NCBI GenBank assembly: GCA_039030515.1
Contig: JBCCEA010000023.1
Coordinates: forward strand, 1-64,000
Reading direction: 5' to 3'
DNA length: 64,000 bases
From: Myxococcota bacterium
GTDB lineage: Bacteria > Myxococcota_A > Polyangia > Polyangiales > Houyiibacteriaceae
Below the pieces are notes generated by a model. That model was given only the letters and a program-made list of their open reading frames with translations, had not been told where the DNA came from and ran no database searches. The stretch's first letter is position 1. Every line of letters begins with the position of its first letter. Position numbers and translations under genes: made by a program. This document shows positions 1-8,457 of the stretch, piece after piece.

Positions 1-266
1 CCAGCGCTCCCCAAAGACTCGACGAAAGGTATCGGCACTCGGCGTGCCTTCGGGCATCTGTAGAAAACGGCCAAGAAACGCTTTGTGAGTCTTACCAAAT
101 AAGGCGAGGTCATCCCATCCTTCCGCCCCAGAGAGCACGCCCAAAACGATATGAACAGAATATTTTCAAGAGAGTGAAGCAGAGCGCGATTCACGCGCGG
201 GTCGGGCACTTCCTTGAACGCTTCAACAAGTGAGGTCGCTTGGTGCGATTCGGCATCGGTCCACAT
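1..266 (-). pseudogene. ISAs1-family transposase N-terminal region, frameshifted
   Basis: Manual translation from ATG at 266 gives MWTDAESHQATSLVEAFKEVPDPRVNRALLHSLENILFISF. After a frameshift in the T-run at about 143-146 it continues LGVLSGAEGWDDLALFGKTHKAFLGRFLQMPEGTPSADTFRRVFG. DPR..R..H.L, SGAEGW and PS.DTF.RVF are ISAs1 (DDE_Tnp_1-associated) hallmarks. Not in the ORF track. Confidence 0.85.
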
Positions 267-363
267 GCCACCAATCGATCACAAAGCCGGCAAGAATGCG
301 ACCTTTTTCCAAAGCCAATCTCTAAGTGATCGAAATTGAGCATCTTTAGATGCGCTCGCCCTG
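1..363 (-). mobile_element. ISAs1-family insertion sequence remnant (left end; continues beyond window edge)
   Basis: Minus strand from 363 reads CAGGGCGAGCGCATCTAAA, resembling ISAs1-family terminal inverted repeats, about 100 bp upstream of an ISAs1-type transposase N-terminus. Confidence 0.75.
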
Positions 364-458
364 CAGTAGACCGAGGGAGCAGAGATTTGAATCCAGCCGG
401 CCCCTCTGCAAAGTCTACATCTGAGAAGGCGAACTTCATCCGATTTCACACACCTGCC

Positions 459-489
459 AAACAAAAACGGCCAGCTTCGAAGCTGGCCG
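459..489 (-). terminator. Intrinsic terminator downstream of tRNA-fMet
   Basis: Perfect palindrome CGGCCAGCTTCGAAGCTGGCCG (468-489) followed on the minus strand by TTTTTGTTT. Confidence 0.8.
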
Positions 490-537
490 ACTCAATTATC
501 AGATGAGTTTTTAGATACCAAAAACGCTTTATCAAGT

Positions 538-614
<77 letters not shown>

Positions 615-626
615 TCAAGAAGCGCC

Positions 627-654
627 AGCATACAACGCATCGCTCACGTGTCAA
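627..654 (-). promoter_or_regulatory. Sigma70-type promoter of tRNA-fMet
   Basis: TTGACA-N16-TATGCT followed by a GC-rich discriminator (GGCGC), directly upstream of the tRNA. Confidence 0.7.
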
Positions 655-671
655 AAATTTTCTTCAGCTCT

Positions 672-1421
672 CTAAGTCTGCTTCCTGCTTTTGTGGGGAT
701 TCACGTACTTTTTCCTCAGCTTCTCGAGTTCCGAGCTAGTTACAGGCCGTAGCGATCCTGGCTTGAGACCACCGCTGGTTACGCCACCCACGGATTCCCG
801 GACCAACCTCAAAACGCGATGACCAATGGCATCTCCCATGCGTCTGATCTGTCTATTCTTGCCTTCGGTAAGAACAATCCGGAGCCAGGTAGTGCGTGGC
901 TCCTCGCGAAGCACGTACGTTTCGCTCGGCCGTGTTTGGTAGCCGTCATCCAAAACCACACCTTGCCGAAGAACTGCTAGGTCTTCTTCGCTCAAGTGTC
1001 CCTGCATCTTCACCGCGTAATACTTCGGCACGCGAGACCTAGGTGACGCCAGCGCTTCAGCAAAATGCCCGTCGTTGGTTAGCAGGAGTACTCCGCTGGT
1101 CTGGTAGTCAAGACGCCCCACTGGGAACATCCGCTCTGGCAGATGCCTCAAGTACTCCGCAATGCTGGCTCGTCCTTCTGGATCTGCCAGGGTGGACACC
1201 ACTTCCCTTGGCTTATGAAACACGTAGTACGCAGGCTTCTCGATTACGATCCGCTTGCCATCCAACTCTATTCGATCTCTACGTGAGTCAGCCACAGAGC
1301 CAAGCTTGCGAACGATGCGTCCATTGACCCGGACGCGGCCGTCTCGAATGAACTCTTCCGACTTTCTCCGAGAGGCGCATCCCGCTCGCGCAATGATTTT
1401 TTGCAAACGCTGCTTTGCCAC
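672..1421 (-). CDS. rluB: rRNA pseudouridine synthase, RsuA/RluB family
   Basis: S4 domain (RLQKIIARAG..SRRKSE), catalytic GRLD motif, EGKNRQIRRM. Confidence 0.88.
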   Translation of the reverse strand: MAKQRLQKIIARAGCASRRKSEEFIRDGRVRVNGRIVRKLGSVADSRRDRIELDGKRIVIEKPAYYVFHKPREVVSTLADPEGRASIAEYLRHLPERMFPVGRLDYQTSGVLLLTNDGHFAEALASPRSRVPKYYAVKMQGHLSEEDLAVLRQGVVLDDGYQTRPSETYVLREEPRTTWLRIVLTEGKNRQIRRMGDAIGHRVLRLVRESVGGVTSGGLKPGSLRPVTSSELEKLRKKYVNPHKSRKQT

Positions 1422-1597
1422 CGGAGAACACTAGCAGCCTTCCTTCGAGAACGCTTCCAAGCCGGACGACAGTCCATTTTACCCAGCCTCTGGATGGATG
1501 CGAGAGTCTCCACAATGAGATTCGGAAGACTTACGGCGCCCACTCATGTGATCAATCGACGAGACAAATCGATCGACGAACCGATGAGTAGGATAGC

Positions 1598-2452
1598 TCA
1601 GGACGGTTCCGACGCGGCACTCTCGGAAGCGCCATCGACGTTGGAATCGTCATTTGACGAGGATTCGTTCTCCTCAGCGAAACCATCTTCCGCAGCCTCT
1701 CGGCGCTCACGCTGAATTTGATCCTGCTCAAGCCGACGCCGGTACTCCTCATCGCGGTCCCAACGATCGACACTACCGTCTCCATCGAGGTCCGTACCCA
1801 TCCGTACCATTCTGGAATCTTCGAAATACTCCCAACGATCTGGTCGCCACTCAGTCGGTGTGCTCCGCCCGTTTAGATCTCGCTCTGAGCGAACCATGGC
1901 GCCCGACGCAAACCACACTTTGGTATCGATTCGTCCATCGTAATCAACATCGGTCTCTCGTCGTGCAAGCCGACCATTTTCAAAGAATGCGAGTTCGTCC
2001 ATTCGACCATCGAAATTCCGATCGGCCTCCTCATAGAGAGGTCGCCCTTCGTCGGTGTAGTAACGTATGACATCTTTGACCCCGTCCGCATTGATGTCGG
2101 ACTCCCGACAAATCAGAACGAGACGCAGATCCGAGAGTGTGCCCAATCGGAGAAAAACCTTTCTCACGTCGGGCGTATCATCTCCGCTCGTATCGAACTC
2201 ACTTACTTCGCGGTCCGGGGTGTCGGAATCACAACGAGAGAGGTTTTCGGGAGTGGTTCCCTCTATCGGTTGCGCTCGCACTCCAATCCCTGTCGGTGGG
2301 CGCGCAACCCTCTGGTCGCTCCCGTCCGGTCGACGAGAAGCGCCCGTCTCCGATTGCAAACCGGTTGTTCTTGACGATGCACACCCGGATACGGCGCCAA
2401 GCATTGACGCCATCAGACACAGCGCCGTATTTACTGCGCTTCTCCAGATCAC
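1598..2452 (-). CDS. Putative lipoprotein with repeated DxDxDG-like motifs
   Basis: Signal peptide with lipobox (VSGC). Motifs DTSGDD, DINADG, DRNFDG, DVDYDG, DLDGDG. Start overlaps the upstream stop (GTGA). Confidence 0.75.
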   Translation of the reverse strand: MIWRSAVNTALCLMASMLGAVSGCASSRTTGLQSETGASRRPDGSDQRVARPPTGIGVRAQPIEGTTPENLSRCDSDTPDREVSEFDTSGDDTPDVRKVFLRLGTLSDLRLVLICRESDINADGVKDVIRYYTDEGRPLYEEADRNFDGRMDELAFFENGRLARRETDVDYDGRIDTKVWFASGAMVRSERDLNGRSTPTEWRPDRWEYFEDSRMVRMGTDLDGDGSVDRWDRDEEYRRRLEQDQIQRERREAAEDGFAEENESSSNDDSNVDGASESAASEPS

Positions 2453-3375
2453 AAAGCCTCCGGATTGGTGGAGTGCCCCAAGTTAGCCAACTGAGCGAGG
2501 CTGCGCGATGGGAGATCGCCCTGCACGCGAAGCGACATTATTTGCTGCGAAATCATTGTGGTTCCCTCAAAACCGCTTTGAGGTCTTATCGACGGATCTC
2601 TTGGAAGCACCCTATCGGTCTCGGATGCATCGCCGATCTCGGACAAGCTTGAGCCGTCCGCAGACCGACTGCTGGGGGCGGTCTGAACTTCGCAGAACAC
2701 CGCCTCGTCGCGAGCTAGAGGTGAGTCTCCCGACACCGCATCGCGACGATCCGGACGCTGGTCTGCATTGGTGTCGTAGTGCATCTCCACCAGACGACCC
2801 CCCGAAAAAATCTCCCATCTCTCTGGTTTGCCGTCGTTGTCGTTGTCGTATCGGACCTCAGAAATGATGCCTTCTTGGTACTGCTCCCATACATCAGGCC
2901 GTCCATTGTAGTCTCGGTCTCGTTCTGCGCGGGACACTCGGCCCGAGGAGCACCAAAGCCAAGTGTCGATCACGCTATCAAAGTTCGTGTCGAGCTCCTT
3001 GCGAGCGAGTTGGCCATCCTGATAGAAGGACAGTTGATCCAAGCGACCATCGAAATCAAAATCATGCTGTTCTCGAAGCACCGTGACCCCGTCTAAATCG
3101 TAAAATCTCGTAATGTCGAAGGTTCCGTCGTAGTTCATGTCAAATTCAGTGCAGCGGCGGCGCCCGTCATCTGCCACGCGATGTCGAATGTCGTCGACTC
3201 CGTCGTTATTGACGTCTACGGACTGCAAACGGCCACCCTCACAAGATTTCGATTCCACCTCGTCGCTTGTGCCTCCGTGCAGCGCTCCCGACCCAGAGCT
3301 GCTGCTGCCGCAAGCAAGCAGAAGCGAGATGGTGACCATGGCAGGAACCCTCATTGCCATTTCTGTCGTACCCAT
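2449..3375 (-). CDS. Putative lipoprotein with seven DxDxDG-like repeats (paralogue of 1598..2452)
   Basis: Lipobox LLAC. Motifs DVNNDG, DMNYDG, DFDFDG, DTNFDS, DRDYNG, DNDNDG, DTNADQ at about 22-aa spacing. Confidence 0.75.
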   Translation of the reverse strand: MGTTEMAMRVPAMVTISLLLACGSSSSGSGALHGGTSDEVESKSCEGGRLQSVDVNNDGVDDIRHRVADDGRRRCTEFDMNYDGTFDITRFYDLDGVTVLREQHDFDFDGRLDQLSFYQDGQLARKELDTNFDSVIDTWLWCSSGRVSRAERDRDYNGRPDVWEQYQEGIISEVRYDNDNDGKPERWEIFSGGRLVEMHYDTNADQRPDRRDAVSGDSPLARDEAVFCEVQTAPSSRSADGSSLSEIGDASETDRVLPRDPSIRPQSGFEGTTMISQQIMSLRVQGDLPSRSLAQLANLGHSTNPEAL

Positions 3376-3543
3376 GAGCGCGTTGTTCCTTCCTCAGCCT
3401 AAACGGTCTCGATGGAGCATACGCCTGCAGCGACCCGACCGGCAAGTCGCGTTTCGTGGCGCAGTTTGACGGCACATATGATGTCATGTAGCCTCATGTG
3501 AAGAACGCTTGGCCCTCGCTCGAGAGATGGGGAGTCTAGTCCC

Positions 3544-3735
3544 GTGGCTCGCAAGAAAATCTCAACAACCGTATACATCGACCCCGAGCAAAACGAACGG
3601 CTCAAACTGCTTCACGAGCGAACCAAGGTCCCAGTGGCTGTGTATATCCGGGAAGGCATCGACCTGGTATTGCGGCTGCACGAGGATCAACTCCCCGGCC
3701 AGCTCTCCCTCGACGGGGCGAATCACAAGAGCTAG
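3544..3735 (+). CDS. cdbA: Ribbon-helix-helix DNA-binding protein, CdbA-like (c-di-GMP-binding nucleoid protein of myxobacteria)
   Basis: [43 protein letters not shown] has a beta-helix-helix RHH pattern and resembles my recollection of Myxococcus CdbA. The orthology is not verified. Confidence 0.7.
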   Translation: MARKKISTTVYIDPEQNERLKLLHERTKVPVAVYIREGIDLVLRLHEDQLPGQLSLDGANHKS

Positions 3736-3845
3736 GAGAAATCGCCCGGTCTCTGCGCAAGGATCAAGCCACAGAGACGCGTCTCTCCCCCTCCCCGACC
3801 CCAGTCACAGCTCGAAAAATCAGAGCTCGAAACCTCAAGGCGACC

Positions 3846-5648
3846 ATGGTTTTCGACATCACGCGAATCCGTAACTTCTCAATCATCGCCCACATTGACC
3901 ACGGTAAAAGCACCCTAGCGGATCGCATTCTTGACTTTACCGGAGCGTTGAGCAAGCGAGAGCAAAAAGACCAATTTCTGGATAAGATGGAGCTCGAGCA
4001 AGAGCGTGGAATCACCATCAAAGCTCAAACCGTACGCCTCAGCTACACAGCGAAGGATGGCTCCGAGTACCAGATTAACCTGATCGACACTCCAGGACAC
4101 GTGGACTTCAGCTACGAAGTATCGCGCTCACTTGCCGCCTGTGAAGGTGCCCTCCTCGTGGTCGATGCGACTCAAGGCGTAGAGGCTCAAACCCTCGCAA
4201 ACGTCTATCTTGCTATCGGAGGGGATTTGGACGTGATCCCGGTACTCAACAAGGTCGACCTTCCAAGCGCGGATGTCGAGCGAGTAAAGCGTGAGGTCGA
4301 GGAAGTAGTCGGTCTTGATACGGAAGACGCCATCGTCGCGAGCGGCAAGACAGGCCTTGGCGTGGAGGAGATTCTCGAGGCAGTCGTCAGCAACGTGCCT
4401 CCTCCCTCAGGGGATCTCAAAAAACCCCTCCGAGCACTCGTCTTTGACAGCTGGTATGACGCGTATCGGGGGGCGGTAGTCATGGTGCGTGTCGTCGAGG
4501 GCAGTCTTCGAACCGGCGAACGTATGAAGATGATGAGCACGGGAGCAGAATACGAGGTAACGGAAATTGGAGCGTTCACACCGTTTCCAGAGGCGCTCAA
4601 GAGTCTTGGCCCGGGCGAAGTTGGTTATATCTCCGCATCGATCAAAAGCATCCAAGACACCAGGATCGGCGACACTATAACGCATGCACGCGCAGCCGCA
4701 TCCGAGCCTCTCGATGGTTTCCAAGAGGTTAAGCCGATGGTGTTCAGCGGTATTTTCCCAACCGATGCAGATCAATACGAGGACCTTCGCGACGCACTCG
4801 AAAAGCTTCAGCTGAACGACAGCTCTCTCTCTTTCGAGCCAGATACTTCAGACGCGCTCGGTTTCGGCTACCGTTGTGGCTTTTTGGGTCTACTTCATAT
4901 GGACGTCGTACAGGAACGACTCGAAAGAGAATACGCGTTAGACCTGATCACTACCGCGCCAAGTGTCGTGTATCACGTTTACAAAGACACAGGCGAACTC
5001 GTACTGGTAGAAAACCCTAGCCGAATGCCGGCTCCTGCAGAGATCAGCCGAATCGAGGAGCCATTCTTCACGGTGACCATTCACGTCCCTGAACGCTTTG
5101 TGGGCGCCGTTCTGGCACTTTGTCAGGAACGGCGAGGAGAACAGAAGGGACTGCAGTATGCCTCTCAAAGTCGAGTAATCATTACCTATCAATTACCTCT
5201 CGCGGAGGTGCTTTTTGACTTTTACGATCGACTGAAGAGCGCAACCAAGGGCTATGCGTCCATGGACTACGAACTATGCGGCTATCGCCCGAATCCACTT
5301 GTTCGTCTAGATCTTCTCGTCAACGGTGAGCGTGTCGATGCGCTGAGCGCAATAGTTCATAAAGAAAAAGCGTTTCACATCGGTCGCGACTTGACGGCCA
5401 AACTCAAAGAGATCGTGCCCCGCCAACAATACGAAGTGGCGATTCAAGCGGCGATTGGCAACAAGATTATCGCTCGCACCAATGTCCGCGCGCTTCGTAA
5501 GGACGTGGTAGCGAAGTGTTACGGGGGAGACGTTAGCCGCAAACGCAAGCTGCTGGAAAAACAGAAAAAGGGGAAACGGCGCATGAAGGCGGTGGGCAGC
5601 GTCGACATACCTCAAGCTGCATTCCACGCGATTCTCAAGGTTGACTAG
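3846..5648 (+). CDS. lepA: Translation elongation factor 4
   Basis: [32 protein letters not shown]-terminal [18 protein letters not shown]. Confidence 0.99.
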   Translation: MVFDITRIRNFSIIAHIDHGKSTLADRILDFTGALSKREQKDQFLDKMELEQERGITIKAQTVRLSYTAKDGSEYQINLIDTPGHVDFSYEVSRSLAACEGALLVVDATQGVEAQTLANVYLAIGGDLDVIPVLNKVDLPSADVERVKREVEEVVGLDTEDAIVASGKTGLGVEEILEAVVSNVPPPSGDLKKPLRALVFDSWYDAYRGAVVMVRVVEGSLRTGERMKMMSTGAEYEVTEIGAFTPFPEALKSLGPGEVGYISASIKSIQDTRIGDTITHARAAASEPLDGFQEVKPMVFSGIFPTDADQYEDLRDALEKLQLNDSSLSFEPDTSDALGFGYRCGFLGLLHMDVVQERLEREYALDLITTAPSVVYHVYKDTGELVLVENPSRMPAPAEISRIEEPFFTVTIHVPERFVGAVLALCQERRGEQKGLQYASQSRVIITYQLPLAEVLFDFYDRLKSATKGYASMDYELCGYRPNPLVRLDLLVNGERVDALSAIVHKEKAFHIGRDLTAKLKEIVPRQQYEVAIQAAIGNKIIARTNVRALRKDVVAKCYGGDVSRKRKLLEKQKKGKRRMKAVGSVDIPQAAFHAILKVD

Positions 5649-5675
5649 AGACCGAGCCCAAAACAGAAGCCGAAC

Positions 5676-6224
5676 ATGGCCAAGCTCTACCCCTATCGGA
5701 ACATCATGCCCGTGATTGCAGAAAGCGCTTTTATAGCGCCGACCGCAACCTTGATAGGCGAAGTGACCGTGGGCCCGGAATCTACGATTTGGTTTGGTGC
5801 AGTGCTGCGAGGAGATGTGATGCCGATTCACATCGGAGCCCGCACCTCTATCCAGGACAATTCGGTAGTGCACGCGACCGGTGGATGGCAGCCGACCGAG
5901 GTGGGAGACGACTGTGTTGTCGGGCACTCCGCAATTCTTCATGGATGCACGATAGGCGACCGCGTCTTGATTGGCATGGGTTCAATCGTCCTCGATTTCG
6001 CGACGGTGGAGGACGACGCAATCGTCGGTGCAGGTTCTCTCGTCACCTCGAGAACCAAAGTGCCTGCAGGACACCTTTGCATTGGGAGGCCGGCAAAGCC
6101 TATCCGACCTATCAAAGATTCAGAGCGGGAGGGTATTATTGAGGGCGCCGCAGTGTACGTCGCCAAGGGCCATGAATATCGATCAGCTCTATCGGCTGTG
6201 GAAGACGAATCCGCTCCGAAATGA
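5676..6224 (+). CDS. Gamma carbonic anhydrase family protein (YrdA-like)
   Basis: Hexapeptide repeats; LRGD, IQDNSVVH and GHSAILHGC metal-ligand motifs. Confidence 0.92.
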   Translation: MAKLYPYRNIMPVIAESAFIAPTATLIGEVTVGPESTIWFGAVLRGDVMPIHIGARTSIQDNSVVHATGGWQPTEVGDDCVVGHSAILHGCTIGDRVLIGMGSIVLDFATVEDDAIVGAGSLVTSRTKVPAGHLCIGRPAKPIRPIKDSEREGIIEGAAVYVAKGHEYRSALSAVEDESAPK

Positions 6225-6258
6225 TCCTGTAGCGAAAAAGCGCTAGACCAAACCGGCC

Positions 6259-6753
6259 TCACGTTCTCTTCGACGACGAGTCCTCAATCGGTGGATCCGA
6301 AGCTGGCTCGATAAGCTTCGGAGATGCCCAATACCCAGACTTTCTCCGATGGACGAAGAGTATCAGCTGACCGGTCGCCACACCCAGGACCGCACCTACG
6401 GCGTCAGCAACCAGATCCCGAACGTCTGACTGGCGGTAGGGCACGAACGCCTGGTGCACCTCATCCACCACTCCACAAAGACAGGTCAGCGCGATCGCCA
6501 ACACGTGGATGCGGATGTGGGGTTGCGAGGGAAAAGACACGCGGAGCGCTCCAACCACGAGTAGTCCCAACACCGCATACTCGATGATATGTAAACCTTT
6601 ATCTCGAAGTGGAATCCGGCTCAGTGGGATCTGAAGCGTGGACATCGACGAGAGCACCCAAATCAGCACCAGGTACGCGACCACGGGAGTCCAGGCGAGC
6701 ACGATCTGACGTGCCGAGGGTAGACGTTGCTCAGGGAGCGCATCTCCAGTCAT
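6259..6753 (-). CDS. VanZ-like family membrane protein
   Basis: DKGLH..EYAVLG, DEVHQAFVPYR, DLVAD motifs with hydrophobic segments. Confidence 0.88.
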   Translation of the reverse strand: MTGDALPEQRLPSARQIVLAWTPVVAYLVLIWVLSSMSTLQIPLSRIPLRDKGLHIIEYAVLGLLVVGALRVSFPSQPHIRIHVLAIALTCLCGVVDEVHQAFVPYRQSDVRDLVADAVGAVLGVATGQLILFVHRRKSGYWASPKLIEPASDPPIEDSSSKRT

Positions 6754-6762
6754 GGACTACGC

Positions 6763-8211
6763 CTAGCCTAAGACTCGCAGTCGATGCCGGCGATTTCGAT
6801 CTTTTTCGAGCCCAATCCGCCCGACTTCTCTAGACGCCTGCATCGCGAACAGATCATCGTCTGACTGAAGTAACCGCCCCATCAAACTGTGCTTGTTGGC
6901 CTTCTCCACCTCGACCTCAACCAAAGCGCCCTCTAAGTCGAAGCCATCGGGACCCACGAAGTGCACGATCTCATGTCGCTCACTACGCCCCGTCCAGGCA
7001 TCGTTCCGTCCGCGTTTTTCAACCAGCACTTTTGTTTTTTGCCCTACCAAAGAACGCAGGTGTTTGGATTGCTGATGTTCAACGAGAGCGAGTAATCGTG
7101 CAAGTCTATCTGACTTCACCGAGGGAGTGATGTCGTCACCGAGCTTGAGCGCAGGTGTGTGTGGCCTCGGCGAGTACTTAAAACAATAGGCCGCCACAAA
7201 CCCCGCCTCTTCGATCACGGAGAGCGTCTGCTCGAAATCCGATTCAGTCTCTCCCGGGAATCCAACGATGACGTCGGTAGAGAGGGTGATGCCGGGACGG
7301 ACCTCTTTAAGTTTGTTCACTCGACTCACATACTGCGCTCTGGAATAGCGCCGCAGCATCCGCTTGAGCATACGATCACTGCCGCTTTGAACCGGCATAT
7401 GCACATGGGCAGGCAAAACGTTGAGATCTGCATGGGCCTGTACCAACGAGTCAGTCAGGTGTCTTGGGTGGGGGGAGGTGTAGCGGAGTCTCGTGAGCTC
7501 TGGCACCTCCCTAGCAATCCGTCGCAGCAACATCGGAAACTCGCTGGGCCGCTCTCCGCCTCGTGAGGGGGCATCCTCAGGCTCGTACCAGGAGTTCACG
7601 GTTTGACCGAGCAGCGTCACTTCACGAGCACCAAGACGAACCCGATAGGCCACTTCATCGACTATATCGTCAGCTTTTCGGTACCGCTCCGGACCTCGAG
7701 TATGGGGCACGATGCAGTAGGTACAACGCTCGTCGCACCCCTTCATGACGGTGACGTACGTGCTTACTTCTCCGAGAGCCGGGGAGAGGCTGGCAGAGGG
7801 CTCAAGAAAACCTGGAGCCTCAACGTCAAATTCTGTGTGCACCAAAGGCGGCGCACCATCTTCCACACGGCGGAGGAGCGCCGGTAATTCAGGAATATTG
7901 TCAGGTCCGATCACGACATCAATCGCAGATTCCTTATTGAGAAGCGCCTCACCTTCTTGCTGCGCCACGCATCCGGCTACCGCGATCATCAGACCAGGGC
8001 GCCGCTCTTTTTCGCGCCTCAACGTGCCGAGAAAGCTCATCAGCTTGTGCTCGGCTTTTTCACGAACGCTACAGGTATTCACCACGATCAAGTCGACTTC
8101 GGAGGCATCTGATGCAGATTCATAGCCCGCCCCTCCGAGCACTTCCTCAATCCGGCGCGAATCGTGAGCGTTCATCTGGCAACCGAAAGTTTGAACGTGC
8201 GCGCGCTTCAT
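6763..8211 (-). CDS. miaB: tRNA 2-methylthio-i6A37 methylthiotransferase
   Basis: TFGCQMNAHDS, NTCSVREKA, radical SAM GCDERCTYC, C-terminal TRAM domain. Confidence 0.97.
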   Translation of the reverse strand: MKRAHVQTFGCQMNAHDSRRIEEVLGGAGYESASDASEVDLIVVNTCSVREKAEHKLMSFLGTLRREKERRPGLMIAVAGCVAQQEGEALLNKESAIDVVIGPDNIPELPALLRRVEDGAPPLVHTEFDVEAPGFLEPSASLSPALGEVSTYVTVMKGCDERCTYCIVPHTRGPERYRKADDIVDEVAYRVRLGAREVTLLGQTVNSWYEPEDAPSRGGERPSEFPMLLRRIAREVPELTRLRYTSPHPRHLTDSLVQAHADLNVLPAHVHMPVQSGSDRMLKRMLRRYSRAQYVSRVNKLKEVRPGITLSTDVIVGFPGETESDFEQTLSVIEEAGFVAAYCFKYSPRPHTPALKLGDDITPSVKSDRLARLLALVEHQQSKHLRSLVGQKTKVLVEKRGRNDAWTGRSERHEIVHFVGPDGFDLEGALVEVEVEKANKHSLMGRLLQSDDDLFAMQASREVGRIGLEKDRNRRHRLRVLG

Positions 8212-8239
8212 AGGGACGCGGAGGCTAGCAGCACCCTTC

Positions 8240-8280
8240 CCGACGGTCGAACCAGTGCCGCCTGACGGTGGAACCAGTGC
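8240..8280. repeat. Imperfect 22-bp direct repeat, 2 copies, upstream of miaB
   Basis: CCGACGGTCGAACCAGTGCCGC followed by CTGACGGTGGAACCAGTGC. Confidence 0.6.
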
Positions 8281-8457
8281 TAGAGGAGCCGGATCAACAA
8301 CCTTGAGAGAGTCGACCGCTGAGAATCACCGGGTAGCCAAGAGCGCACTTCTAACCTCCCCGAGCGACTCCACACCTGATAGAACAGTCTCCCTGTGGCC
8401 GCCGAAACTGCATCGGTGACTCAAGCACACTAGGACCCCGGCTGAAAAACACTCGAT

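Noticed and set aside
191..464. Short minus-strand ORFs 191..439 and 279..464
   Set aside because: They overlap the IS end and are out of frame with the transposase remnant; no recognisable motifs.
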